Part shown: positions 39,901 through 53,342 of the stretch, one piece after another
Numbering within the stretch: the first letter of the stretch is position 1
How the letters are laid out: the number at the start of each line of letters is the position of its first letter
Assembly (NCBI GenBank): GCA_951406725.2
Contig: OX597818.1
Location: 95,480,001 to 95,544,000 of the forward strand
Source: Octopus vulgaris
Taxonomy: Eukaryota
Direction: 5' to 3'
Length of the DNA: 64,000 bases
Notes under the pieces: generated by a model
What the model was told of the DNA's origin: nothing
Databases searched by the model: none
Seen by the model: the letters and a program-made list of their open reading frames with translations, nothing else
Made by a program: the position numbers and the translations under genes

Positions 39901-41385
39901 TGCCAGTATGGCAGAACAAATGTTACAAAAATAATGGTAGTAATGCTGACTGAGATATATGTACTGCTAAGACCACTATTGTTGTTTCCACAATACTTTA
40001 TTACCCTCTCATCCCACTATTGCTCACTTCCTTATCACTCTTGCTAATCATTGGTAGAGGACCTGCCTACTTTCTATTTTCCTCCTATTACCATCATCAT
40101 TCAGCCAGGGACCATCTTGAAAGTTTAAGAATAGACTACAGTGGATCAGTTGTGCCCAATAAACTCTACTTTATTTTCACTCTTATACTGCTTGTCATTA
40201 CCCCATCTCACTGTGTCTTCATTCTTTTGCTTCTTTCCTCCTCCATATCCTGATTCTTTGTCATCGCTCCATCCCCAGAGTCATGGCATCTTCTGTTGCT
40301 GCTCTATCCCTATAGCCATGATCTTTACCTTGACTACACACACAGCTTAGAACACTGAGGACCCCTACCCATTTGAAAGTTTATGTATAGGAAACTACAT
40401 TGGACCAATTGTGCCCAGAACAATCTATCTTCACACTTCCCTCTTGTTCTGCCAGTCATCACTCTGTCTGCCATTGCACTCTTACTCACTTTATACCACA
40501 CATCTTGGATTTCTATCTCCTGGATCACATTGCTTTCTATCATTGCTCTATCTTCTTAACCATACTACCTTAACTATAAATAAAATCACTCAGAAAACTG
40601 AGTACCCCTATCACATCTCCCTATCATGCATCCTTCATATCACTAACCACTCATTCATAACTCTATCCCCCATACTTCTTATCCTGTAAAGTGATTGGTG
40701 AATGGGCAGATATGAGAGGATCATGAGGACTCTTTAGATGTGTCAAGGACATAGCAACCTCTCTTGGGTTTGTGCCATGAAAAATGCACCCAGTACACTC
40801 GGCTGATGTTAGGAAGGATATCTAATAGAAAGAAAAAGCCGAAAATGAAGCATGTGAGTGATGTACAGTCTTCCAACCCATTTAAGTGGACAGCATCCCT
40901 AATTATGTGATAACTTCCACTGTGATAACTCGTGCAACCTATACCAACATGGAAAGTATGGAAAATAGACATATGATGATGATGATGATGATGACGATGG
41001 CAGCAGCAGCAGTGGCTGTGTGTGTGTGTGTGTGTGTGTATGCATGTGTGCAAGTGTTTGTTTTTTGAGTGTCTTTACAGTGACACTGTGTAAAAAAAGG
41101 TGATGCTGTATACATCTCTTGAAAGTAATGCTATATGTAGCTTAACAGTTTCGTCAGTTTTGACATGTGAAGACCAGTGGAAAAAATGCTTTACATGAAA
41201 ACAAGAGGTAACAAGAAGGGCAATCAAGCCATAGGATGCTTACTCAGTAATTTTCTATGCAAGCATAGAAATATATGGACATAAAAACAATGATGCCAAA
41301 GAGGATTTGTGTTTGTAGATAGATAGATGTGAGTAGGTAAGTAGATGGGTATGTGGGTAGATAGACAGACAGACAGATCAGTAAG

Positions 41386-41435
<50 letters not shown>

Positions 41436-43119
41436 TACAGAGACAAACCAAAGTGCACACATACTTAAAAATTAATTGTAATTTAGCTATTTAACTGGTT
41501 ATAAGAGAGGGAGAAAAAGAGGAAGAGACAGAGAAACAGGGAAAGGAGTAGAGTGAGATTAAACAAACTAGCTTCATTTTCAAGTAGAATGAGTCAGGTG
41601 ATCAAGAGAGAAACTAATAGGATTGCATTTCAATTGAGACTAAAGTCACACACCTTAAAATAGTAACTTATATTATGGACACTTGTGTCCCATTCTGTTT
41701 TATCGCCATTCAGTAGTTTTAGAATAAAGTCCTCCTAATAATAAGCATGCACTGGGTGGGTGTGAGGTAGGTGAGATGTGGATATGGTGACGTGGTGTCT
41801 GTTGATGTTTTATATATACATTTTATGTACAAGTGTTAAACTAATTACATGGTACTGTCACTCACAGACTAATACAACCACCACCACCACTACTACTACT
41901 ATTACTACAAGAATCACTAATGCAACAACCACCATTTCAACTAAAACGGCTTCTTTTTGTTAGGGTGAACAAAGTCTTCAAAGGTATTGACTTGTTTGGA
42001 AACAAAACTTAAATCTGACACCAAATTTCTAATTCCTGTGTCTGCTAATCAAGGATTATACTGCAATTCTGTCTATGGGGAGTGAATTTCAGGGAGACTG
42101 TCCAGTTGTAGCAGCAAGAATTATTACTGCCCTTGTCTCAATCCCTGGGGAAGGTAAAGTACAGTTTAACCCTTTAGCACTCAGATTATTATGGTAGGCC
42201 CTTTTGAGATATACGGTGTTTTGGTATGTATAACCAAAAATATTAAAATGATTTTTCTGTTGAGATTGAAATTGACAGGTGCATGTAGAAATTTCTAAAA
42301 CAAAGGATAAAGTGCCTAAAACTATTGTATTAGTATGAAAAACTATATATGTTATATAATTTTATATTATATCTACTGAAAAACGATCTCTGATTGTTTG
42401 TTTCATTGGGCCAAAGGATTGGCCTCAAAGTCTTTTCAGCTTGTATCACTTAGCCTGATCAATCAGCCCAGGTGCCCCAAGAGGGTTAAATGTGATACTT
42501 ACTTATTCACATTATTTCAAATTGATCACGCATTATCTTGCAGTTTTGAGATTTCAATGATATGGTTGTTTATTTTCAGTATAACCTCATAAGGTATGCA
42601 TGAGAGGCCAAATCTGGCTAGTTTGAACATAGAACAAAGTAGAATATTTGGGCTGGGTATGGCCAGTTTAAATGCTAAAGAGTTAAGGAACTGTTGACAT
42701 ATAGCTACAGAAGGCTTTTTTGCAATAATTCCTGATAAACATCAGACATTGTAAAACAATCAAAACCTATTTTTTGAGCAGGGACTACTTACAATCAACA
42801 CCTCTCCCACATCAATACTTGAGAAGGAAAAAAGGATGGGATGAAATGGTGAGGCTAGATTTCCAGATGTTGAGTTTCACAGAAGACAAAAATGAATAGT
42901 GATATACAGCACCACAGATTATCTAACAGATATCAGCATGGAGAAAACAAGAGTTGGTGGTGGAGAGACTAAAGCTTTGGTTACTACACTTAATCATTAA
43001 CTATTTTGATACCAACCTGCCTTAAACCACCTCTGTTTTTGTAATAGAAATGTCTTGTTTTCAAAAGTTGTGAATTAAAATCTTCTACCAAACCTCTGTT
43101 ACAATTTATGTTCCTAACA

Positions 43120-44596
43120 TCTTACTATAATGGGTGTTATGTCCGTTTGTCTGTACCCTCTTCACAGACAAATGGCTGGACTAATGTTCACAATGTTTTT
43201 CAGGATTACAAAGGAGGCAATCAGGCAGGTTTTTAACAAAAAAAAATGTGAAAAAGTATGATTACTTAGTGGATATTGAGGGTAACTGTTCAGTATACAG
43301 GCATAAAAGAAGTAAATAAAAATTACAGTTGTAAAACAAGTAAAAGGGAAGTCAGTCAACTTACTTCTCCACTGAATTACACCATATATGAAAATTTTAG
43401 GTTAAGATAGCTTTATTAAGGAATGATTGTGATGGCTTTGGCTCATCTTTAATCGGTGTATAAACAGTTACCGATACTGAGTTTTGTATTAATAAATCAC
43501 CTTTGATATCTATAATACATTAAAAGTCAGTTTGAATTTTGCTTGCTTACTTGCAATGTTATCCAGCCAAACTGGAGTATAATGGGAAAATACTATGAAT
43601 TAATATTTTGTTTTTGGATTTGGTTTGCAAGATTCTAGACATAAATACCCAAATCGGTGCATAATGGGAAAATGTTCCGAATTTAACTTCATCCTGGAAG
43701 GGAAGAAACTCTAACCTTTTGATGTCACATTCGTTGAAAGCATGCAAAATAACCTGGAAAAGAAAAAAGCCCACGAAACAAAACTCCATTGATGGGAAAT
43801 TCAGTTTCCTGGTGACCCTATGGGTCACATGTAGTCTAGTTTTTTGTTAAAATTCCAGCAATCAGGATTAACTCTGGATTCCACCCCACCCCCATGTATA
43901 GTTCATGAATTTAGAGGGTTTTGATTTGCGATACTATCCCTTTATTTCCCATCATGGATGGGCAGATTGCTAAAGATTCTGCTCATGTATTCACAGCAAA
44001 AAAGGCACAAGGCCAGACTTTAGATCATGTAGGTGTATTTTTACTCACTCCGATGTTTACACACAGCCATTGCTATGAGTAGAGCAATGGACTCCAGTAA
44101 TTTAAAAATTAGTGTCAACCAAACAGAAAATATCGTCTACAAAGTAGTTTTGTAATCACATTGATATTATAGAAACGAATATGATTCATAATTTAAATAA
44201 GGAAATTTGTGAACTTTGAATGTATAAAAGTATAAACAAGTGTAAAATAGTGTAAACAACTAAAATAAAAGTATATCTAAATAATATTTTTTCTGAAAAC
44301 TTTTTATGTAGTGGTCAAAGGAAGCTCAAACTTTCGTTAGGAGTTGTCCACATAACCATTCATGATACAGAGGCTGGGAGCCTATTTCAGTTCAGGAGTA
44401 AATCATCATCACATCACTTAGTCACAAACACGTCATATAGCTGCAATAGTATGCTGTACCACCAACAATAGTGTGATTTCTCTAAGACATCACCCAGCAA
44501 TCTATCAAGTCCATTTACACATTTCTCAATACATACTGCTGTTATGACTTCCCTCCCTCATTTTATAGCTCCATCGTAGATAAGTAGATTTGCTAC
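43120..44596 (+). mobile_element. Non-autonomous Helitron with a PIF1-helicase C-terminal remnant, nested in a MITE
   Basis: 5' TC after A, 3' CTAC before T, decayed subterminal hairpin, no TSD. 44002-44155 encodes KAQGQTLDHVGVFL..P.FTH..AMSRA...TENIVYKVVL*. Confidence 0.8.
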
Positions 44597-45045
44597 TTAG
44601 CTTATATGATAACTAAGTTATTTTACTAAATTCTTTGTTATATTTAAAGTGAATTGAAAGAAACACAGAGTATCTCAACAGAAATATGGTAACAAAAGGG
44701 GTTAACAAGCAACAGGACGTCAGGAAACAAGGTAAACTGCTCAATAAACTAAGACTGTCCATAAGGGCTTTACAAATTGGCAACAGGAATACAAATGATC
44801 CAAGTAGGACTATTATGAAACTGTAAAACCTTCTAAAAGCAACAGTCAGATATCCTTCAGATTACACCCTGGCATGGCTGTGTGATAAGAAGTTTGCTTC
44901 CCAACTACATGGTCCCAGGTTCAGTCACATTGCATGGCACCTTGGACCACTGTCTTCTACTATAGCCTTTGACCAACAAAAACCTTGTTAGTGGATTTGG
45001 TGGACAGAAACTGAAAGAAGCTCAATGCACATATATAATAAATAT

Positions 45046-45097
<52 letters not shown>

Positions 45098-47356
45098 ACC
45101 TTCACTGACCGTTTTCCATGCTGGCATGTGTGTCTTTGTGTCTGTGTTTGACAACCAGTGCTAGTATGTTTATGTTCTCAAAACCTAGCAGTTTCGCCAA
45201 AAATTTTTCGCTGTTGACAAATGGGTGTAAATACATCAAATCAGCTCACAGCACCATCTGACCAGACTGTGGGGTGCATGCATTTTGGAGTGGTTCTCTC
45301 CTCTTCAGCCACAAAAGCTAGACAGAGTGGCACAGTGAGCTGACACAAAAGACAGTATTTCTCTTATGATACCCCTCTCATCATTTAATGACTGTGAACA
45401 GCACAGCTGCCTCACTGCACCCAACATAGCTAACTGATGTATTGCAAAGGATCTAGTACAGTCCCAGACAAGATAAAAAAAATATATTCAGATAAAACAT
45501 GCAAATTGCTTCTAAGCATTTGATTAATTGTGTCCAAGATTGCATTTGCTCAATCAACATAAACATTTTACATAGATGGTAAGCAGGGTTAATAGTCAAA
45601 CTTCACTTCCCTGTGGAAGCCATTTCACATCACATTACTAACACATTGGAGAAAAGAAGCATTTAAATCACAATGTAAAGATGGGGCTGGTGTCCCAGGC
45701 ACAGCTGAATGATTAAGAAGGTCACTTCCCAATATGGTTTCGGGTTCAGTCCCATTGCATGGAGGTTAAAATGATGATGATCGTCATCATCATACATCAT
45801 ACACACACACAATATGTAAACAGAACAGTAGAGTTGCAACATATGGTGAGGAAGATTAGATTCTTTAAGAAGTTTTACTTCAAATCTCAAGTAAAAGAAA
45901 GAGAATTTGTCTTTGCTTTTCATCTTTCTGGAGTCAACAAAAACCAGCAATACTTTAGGTTTAGTTTAACAAACTATACTATCTTCTTAAGCAAAAAGAA
46001 AAGTAAAAAAATAAAGGAGTGCTTAATAAAAAACAAGAAATTAAGCTTATTGTTAATCAATATAATGTAAGAAATTAAAAACAACATCCATAACAAGGTG
46101 ACTGGCAGAAGAATAAAAAAGGAATCTTTGGACAGGTTTAGCAAGCTGGTGCTTTGTCAAAAAGTGGTAGACACATAATTAGCATTCAAAGATAAAAGGT
46201 GTTATAGAACAGAAATAAAGCACTCAAAACTGCCGTTGTCAACAGCAACGACCTGGATTGCAAGGTAATTCAGAACATTTAAATGAAAAAAAAAACATAA
46301 ATATTAAAAATAAAATACCAGGATAAGTAAATAAAGCAAGTGATTATAGGACAAAGAAACTAGTTTAGATAGATTTTCTTGGGTTGGCACTTGACCAGGA
46401 CAGTAGAAAATGTAATTGAAAATAGTTCAGATTCTAAGTAAAACATCTGTGAGTTGCAAATCAAGGAGTAATGGATATACAAACAGTACAGAAGGATCAA
46501 CTTATGCTATTTAATTACTGATAAACTAACACAACAGCAGAGTAAACGACTTGAGGAAGTCTTAACTCTTTAGCATTCAGATAACTCTGTCACACGTAAT
46601 GCTTATTTATTCACATTGTTTTGAATTAATCATGCAGTATCTTGCAGCTTTGAGATTTTGATGATGTGATTCTTTATTTTTAGAATGACATTGTATGGTA
46701 GGTTTAAGAAGCAAGTTTGAACATAAAACAGGTAGAGTATTTGAGCCTTGTATGACCAGTTTAAATGCTAAAGGGCTAAACATGTAATTTCTCTGACAGA
46801 CTCAAGGAACCTTAAATTAAGCTTCTATTTCATCAAACAAGAAATAAAACTTCCCCTGGATAGGATGTTGGACTAACTTTCCTCTAGTACCATTTCTTTG
46901 ACAGAATAAAGTAACCTATTCAGTGATGCAACAAAACACCAATAGCAGACTTCACATGAGTTAATGATTGGCAAAACATAAAATAAAAACTAAATACTTA
47001 AAATATTCAATGTCAGTCAAAGCCTAGAAGGCTATTGTTTAGAAATAGCATTTTTACAATCATCCAGGCAGGTTGTGTGTGAATGCATGCACAATAGCAA
47101 AAATGCTCATAGTCAATACTGTGAAATGATTGGTGATAGAAGGGTATCCATCCATATACATCATGCTAAAAATAACATGATGTACACAACAATAGCTTCA
47201 AATGGTTTTCTCTATTGTTGTATGAGCAAGATGACAAAATATGAAAATGAGTGGCAAGACAGTGAGAGAGAGCTAGCTAACCTAAGCCAGCATGGAAAAC
47301 TGGATTAATATGATGATATACAAGTGTGTGTGCATGTCTGTATGAATGTATATATG

Positions 47357-48043
47357 TATATAACTTGGTTTAAGAAGAGACAAAATTTAGAAAATCATCC
47401 TATAGTTATGATTTACATCAACATAATAAATACATACAACACAACAGATACACCAATATAAGGAACATATCAATATAGTATTTATAATAGAAATAAGAAA
47501 TACATGAGGTAAAAATATATATGAAAAGGATAAATAAATAAAGAGTGATATATTGATTAAAAATCATATTAAATTTAAGATGAATTAAAAGTTATAAGAT
47601 ACATCAACGGCAGTGAAAAATCTTAATGATGGATTTAAAAGTCAGAGAAATAATAAGGATAAATTAGTTTTAAGAGTGCTATAACCTGCTATAAACATTT
47701 CTTTAGAGCTCTTAAAACAAATTTATCCTTATTATTTCTCTGACTTTCAAATCCACCATTAAGATCTTTCATTGCTGTCGATGTATCATAACTTTTCATT
47801 CTTAATTCAACATTTTTCGTCTTAAATTTAATATGATTTTTAATCAATGTATCACTCTTTATTTATTTATCCTTTTCACATATATTTTTACCTCATGTAT
47901 TTCTTATTTCTATTATAAATAATATATTGATATATTCCTTGTCTTGGTGTATCTTTTGTGTTGTATGTATTTATAATGTTGATGTAAATCATAACTATAA
48001 GATGATTATCTAAATTTCTTCTCTTCTTAAACCAAGTTATATA
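47357..48043. repeat. Long AT-rich palindrome / fold-back element (arms about 320 bp, 32-nt spacer)
   Basis: 47357-47676 is the reverse complement of 47709-48043; TATA at both ends. Confidence 0.95.
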
Positions 48044-48113
48044 ATTTCTAGTGTCTCGGGTTTGACCTGGGCACTTTCAAGCAGTTGTGTAAAAAAGACT
48101 TTTCAAAAGAAAA

Positions 48114-48176
<63 letters not shown>

Positions 48177-48483
48177 TTTTGTTACCACTCTCATCCTCTG
48201 CAAAAAATTCCAAATTTTATTTAATTTGCTTTGCGGGAAGGACTGTTTTAATGAAGTCACATCTTGTCCTTACCTTTGAAACAGAGGACAACTGATAAGG
48301 GAATGTTCTTTATGTTGCATGTCTCATTTGTCTCGGTTTTCTTTTCAATGTTTGAAGAAAAGTTTGTTTCTGCTTTTGTTTTTTTATGTTCTCGTTTTGT
48401 CTACATTTTTTCAATGTCCTGTACCTATATATGCATGTATATATACATATATATGTAGGTATGTACATATATGTATATATTTA

Positions 48484-48522
<39 letters not shown>

Positions 48523-48540
48523 GACACATACATAAGTACG

Positions 48541-48589
<49 letters not shown>

Positions 48590-49073
48590 ACACATATATA
48601 TACACACACACACACATGCATATACATACATATATACACGCACATAATCATAATCAATACTATATACCCCATTCAGTTGAAGAGTCTTGTTTTGCAGATA
48701 CTTAGTGTTGGTGCCATGAAAAAAGCACCAAGTACCACTCTGTGAAGTGGTTGGCATTAGGAAGAGCATACAGCAGTAGAAACCATGCCAAAGTAGACAT
48801 TGGAGCTTGGTGCAACCTGCTGGCTCATCTGTTAATATCAAGCCATCCAACCCATTCCAGCAAGGAAAGCACAACATTAAATGATGATGATGAAGTTGAT
48901 GATGATGACAGGCTTCTTTCAGTTTCCATCTAGCAAATTTTACTTACAACATTTTGTCAACCCATAGCTATAGCAGAGAACACATATCTATAGCAGAGAC
49001 ACTGAGAGCAAAGCCCCACCAAACCACATGGGTCTATAGTGAATTTCATAATCATACTGCTATGCCTGCTCCC

Positions 49074-49110
<37 letters not shown>

Positions 49111-49373
49111 ATTTATGCATTTATAAATGCTAGTCAAAAGTATATTTATTAGCTCAAAGATGAACTGATCAAAAGCATATTATTGAAGAAAATGTAGAAT
49201 AATCACCAAATTTGTAATATTTTTCAAAGACAAGTAAATAAAATTATTTAAAAATAATGCAATTATTTATTGATATTTGAACTGGCTGTGATAAAGTTTT
49301 CAATAATTTAGAAATAAATCATATTTAAAATCAGAATTAATAGAATATATGAAATCAACAAAATTTGGTGTTG

Positions 49374-49595
49374 GTTAACCCTTTCGTTACCAACCCGGCT
49401 GAAACCGGCTCTGGTTCTGTAATACAAATGTCTTGTTTTCTTTTGAATTAAAATCCTCCACCAAACCTTAGTCACAATTTATGTTCCTCACACTAGCTTA
49501 ATGATAACTAAGTTATTTTACTAAATTCTTTGTTATATTTAAAATAATTGAAAGAAACACAGAGCATCTCAAAATAAATACAGTAACGAAAGGGT
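49374..49595. mobile_element. piggyBac-like MITE, second family
   Basis: TTAA-CCCTTTCGTTAC...GTAACGAAAGGG terminal inverted repeat. Relatives at about 5670-5864 and a split copy at 42997-43119 + 44597-44705. Confidence 0.8.
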
Positions 49596-49971
49596 AGGAG
49601 TCATATGCAATAACCATAAAATATAAATACTCACATCACGAAATTTAGTGTTTGTCAGAAAGATATGCTGACACACAATAATTAATTAGGTCAATTGCTC
49701 ACATATCAGTCAAGTACTAGAGACTCCACTGAATTGTCTCTTGTGTACCTGTGTTAGAAATAATTACTACTAAGGTGACCAGTGACGTGGACACCAATTC
49801 ACACAGCATGAACAAAATAGTCTGTGGCAATGAATTACTTTTCATTAGTTTCTGCGATTTATCAAACTATGCTTTTGTCAACTTTGTCAACTCTCATGGA
49901 TCAAGAAAATAAATACAAATATCTTGTGAGTGGATTTGGTAGATAGAAATTGAAAGAAACCTGTCTCTCTT

Positions 49972-50005
<34 letters not shown>

Positions 50006-50637
50006 GCAAGTGTGTTATGTGTGCATAAGTGTGTGCTTGTTTGTGTCTCCTTGTCTTGCCACTGAGTGATAACTGTAAATGAATGTCACTGTCATACAAG
50101 CAGTGTCATTCATCCCAAATATTCGACAAAAACATTTGGCAATAAGGAAATAAGGGGAGAGTTAGGAACAGGAAGGGCATCTGGCTGCAGAAAATCTGCC
50201 TCAACAAGAACTCTGTTCGACCCATGTATGCATGGAAAAATGGACATTAAAACAATGATAATTATGACTATGAAGATGATATAATCAAGGATACTACAAC
50301 CATAAATGTTGTGATCATGTGCCTCTACCAGAAAACATCATTACTGTTTATTACCAGTAAAGGCTTAGCTTCCACACATGAGCAAAAGAGATCTGGTAGC
50401 TTGTACCATGCTTTCACAAGTTGTTTTAGGTGCCTATGTAAGCTCACACAGACACAGGCATTCTCTCAAGCTTGCCACTTTTGACTCAGTAAAACATCCG
50501 AGACTGTGACAACCTGGGAGAGGGAAGACTGCAGTTGTTTGGCTCATATTTTCACCTGATTGGCACAGTTGCACCAGTCAGGTGAAAACATGAACTAACA
50601 CAGTGTGCCACGCAGTTCAGAAATTGAACCCATGACA

Positions 50638-50723
50638 TTATGATTATTAGCTCAACACCCTAGCTAGTAGGCCAAGCACTTTATGATTATTAGCTCAACA
50701 CCCAAACTAGTAGGCCAGGCACT
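50638..50723. repeat. Short tandem duplication (about 43 bp, two copies)
   Basis: ttatgattattagctcaacacc..ctagtaggcca.gcact occurs twice. Confidence 0.85.
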
Positions 50724-51450
50724 GTCTGACAAGGCAATGTACCTTCATACTGTGATGCAACATGATCTAGTGGCTAGGACATCAGACTCCTATTCATAAA
50801 GTTGTAGGTTTGATCCCCAAGTGGCCCACTGTGTCCTTGAGCAACACATATTACTTCATGTTGCTCCAGCCTACTCAGCTGAAAGTAAGAACAAACCAAT
50901 AACCCATGCAGCCCTCCCTCTCACACCCAGTTGTTACATACTTGATGTTTTATTAGGTCAAGAATGAGAGGGCCGACACGGTGTCTATGTCTGCTCAGTT
51001 TCATAGGTCCCTAAAGCAATTAGCAAAAGCATGGTACAATCTACCAAATCATTCTTGTTTATGAATGACACCTAAGCTTTTCCACCAGTAAAAAAAGTGA
51101 GAACATTCAAAATATTTATTGTGTTAGACACTACACATAACACACACATATGTAAACAGAAAGTAAACTAGAAATATTTTTAAGATAATTTATTTCAAAA
51201 CAAAAATAAGTTAGTCAAAACTATGAAAAAAACGAAAATTAATCAACATTAAGTTTCAAAGCATTTCTCTGCTTTTCTACAAATATGACTTTTGATGTAT
51301 TTGATGTCAACTAATAGGTTTTCAATCAATTCAACTTTCAATTGATTTGTCTTTATGTGAGCATGTTTTTCACTAATCTGTCTTTTGGCCAATATGCTGT
51401 CAACAAATTTATTTTCAACAAATATACTTTTGATCAATGTGCTGTATCGC

Positions 51451-51516
<66 letters not shown>

Positions 51517-51617
51517 CACATATAGATACACACATATATACATATATATATATACATATACATATATATATATATATATATATAATATATATATGTATAT
51601 ATATATATATATGTGTG

Positions 51618-51656
<39 letters not shown>

Positions 51657-51709
51657 CATATATATGTGTGTGTGTATGTATATATATATATATATATCAT
51701 ATATATATA

Positions 51710-53130
51710 TCGTAACGTCCGCTTTCCGCGCTAGCACGGGTTGGACGGTTTGGGGTCTGGGACCAGGGCCGCTCAGGCTCAGTCTGAATCTGGCAGAGTT
51801 CATGCCTCCTCCCCCTCCGTGTGGATTGGTGCTTTACATATATATATATATATACTTCTTCACATATATAGCACATGACCATATGAAGTGTCGCTCTTGC
51901 ACACCACATCTATGCTTCTTATATCCAGCATTTCTCTCAGTGTGTATATATGTGTGTGTCTCTGCAGTCATGTTTCATTACCGTGAGCATGGCAGTTCAC
52001 ATGTCTCATCTACCTTTTGCTCTGAAGAGGCCTTTTTTGCCAGTAGGGGTGGCTCAACTGGGCTATTCGTATTCTAGTGGTGATACTCTCTGTGCATCAC
52101 CTCGCTACTACTGTCCCAGGTAGCGAAACTATCAACTACTTCTAGTTTCTCTCCTGGAGTGTGATGGAATCTGTTTTCTGGTGTCTGTTGTGTCTATATA
52201 TATATATCGTTATTCCTTTAATGTTGCTGCATATGTGTCCATATTACATTGTATCTTATACCTGTACCTTTCCTACAGGTTGGCAGGCCACCTACCCAGG
52301 GGATGTGTTGGTACCTCTTGCTGCTTACTAATACTTTGGTCTTTGCTACATTTATTCTGGCTTTGTTCCAACCCTTGCTTCCATATTCTCTTCTAGTTCC
52401 GGTAGTGATTCTGCTATGAGAGCTAGTCATCGGCATAGAGGCTCCCAGGGGCATCCGTTTTGAATTCTCTGTTATTGCGAAGGACTATGATGAACAAGGG
52501 GACTGAGGGCTGAGCCTGTGCATGTGTGTCTATATATAGAGCCTGTACACTATGCCATTCTTCAATCTCAGTTTCCCATCGACCACAGATAAGGAACGGA
52601 CCTGTCAAAGTTTCTCCAAGTCTACAAAAGCATGTAGGGGGTTTATCTTTAGCTAGGTACTTCTCCTGCAGTTGTCGGACCAGGAATATAGCATCAGTGG
52701 TGTCTACCTGGTACAAACCGGCATTCATCTAAACAAATTCTCCCTAATGAGATTGGTTATGACCTTCTCTGAGACCTTCATCACCTGGTCCAACAGTTTG
52801 ATACCTCTGTAGTTATTTCTATCTAGAGCATCACCTTACCCTTGTAGCAGTTGACTATGGTGCTCCCAGTCATTGGGTATGGCTCCATTGTGACTACCTG
52901 GTTCAATGCGGTGACTATGGCATGGCCCACATACCAGCTGTTTAGCATCTCAGCAGTGATTCTGATAGGCCAGGGCTTTGCCTGGTTTCATATCCTTATG
53001 CCTTATCACAGGGAGCTGTCTATTCGGGTAGCTGGTCCCTCTACTGGTCAACATTTGGCAGGCTCTCCTCCTCATTCATTCTCCTCATTTAGGTCTTTCA
53101 TAATGGCTTCTCAACTCTCTTTTCACTAGT
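51710..53130 (-). mobile_element. RTE LINE fragment, heavily indel-ridden, bounded by (TA)n blocks
   Basis: TTDAIFLVRQLQEKYLAKDKP, PLFIIVL, LYADD and INVAKTKVL; RTE-type 3' tail at 51710-51800. Confidence 0.85.
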
Positions 53131-53253
53131 AGTAAAAAAATATATATATATATATATTATATATATATATATATATATATGTGTATATGTGTGTGTGTAT
53201 ATATATATATATATGTATGTATGTATGTATGTATATATATGTATGTATGTATA

Positions 53254-53284
<31 letters not shown>

Positions 53285-53306
53285 CATCATCATATATATA
53301 TATATA

Positions 53307-53342
<36 letters not shown>

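Noticed and set aside
48255-48370. Hairpin ttgtcct/aggacaa followed by CTGATAA, hammerhead-like
   Set aside because: No properly placed stem II and GAAA/stem III; cannot be supported from this copy.
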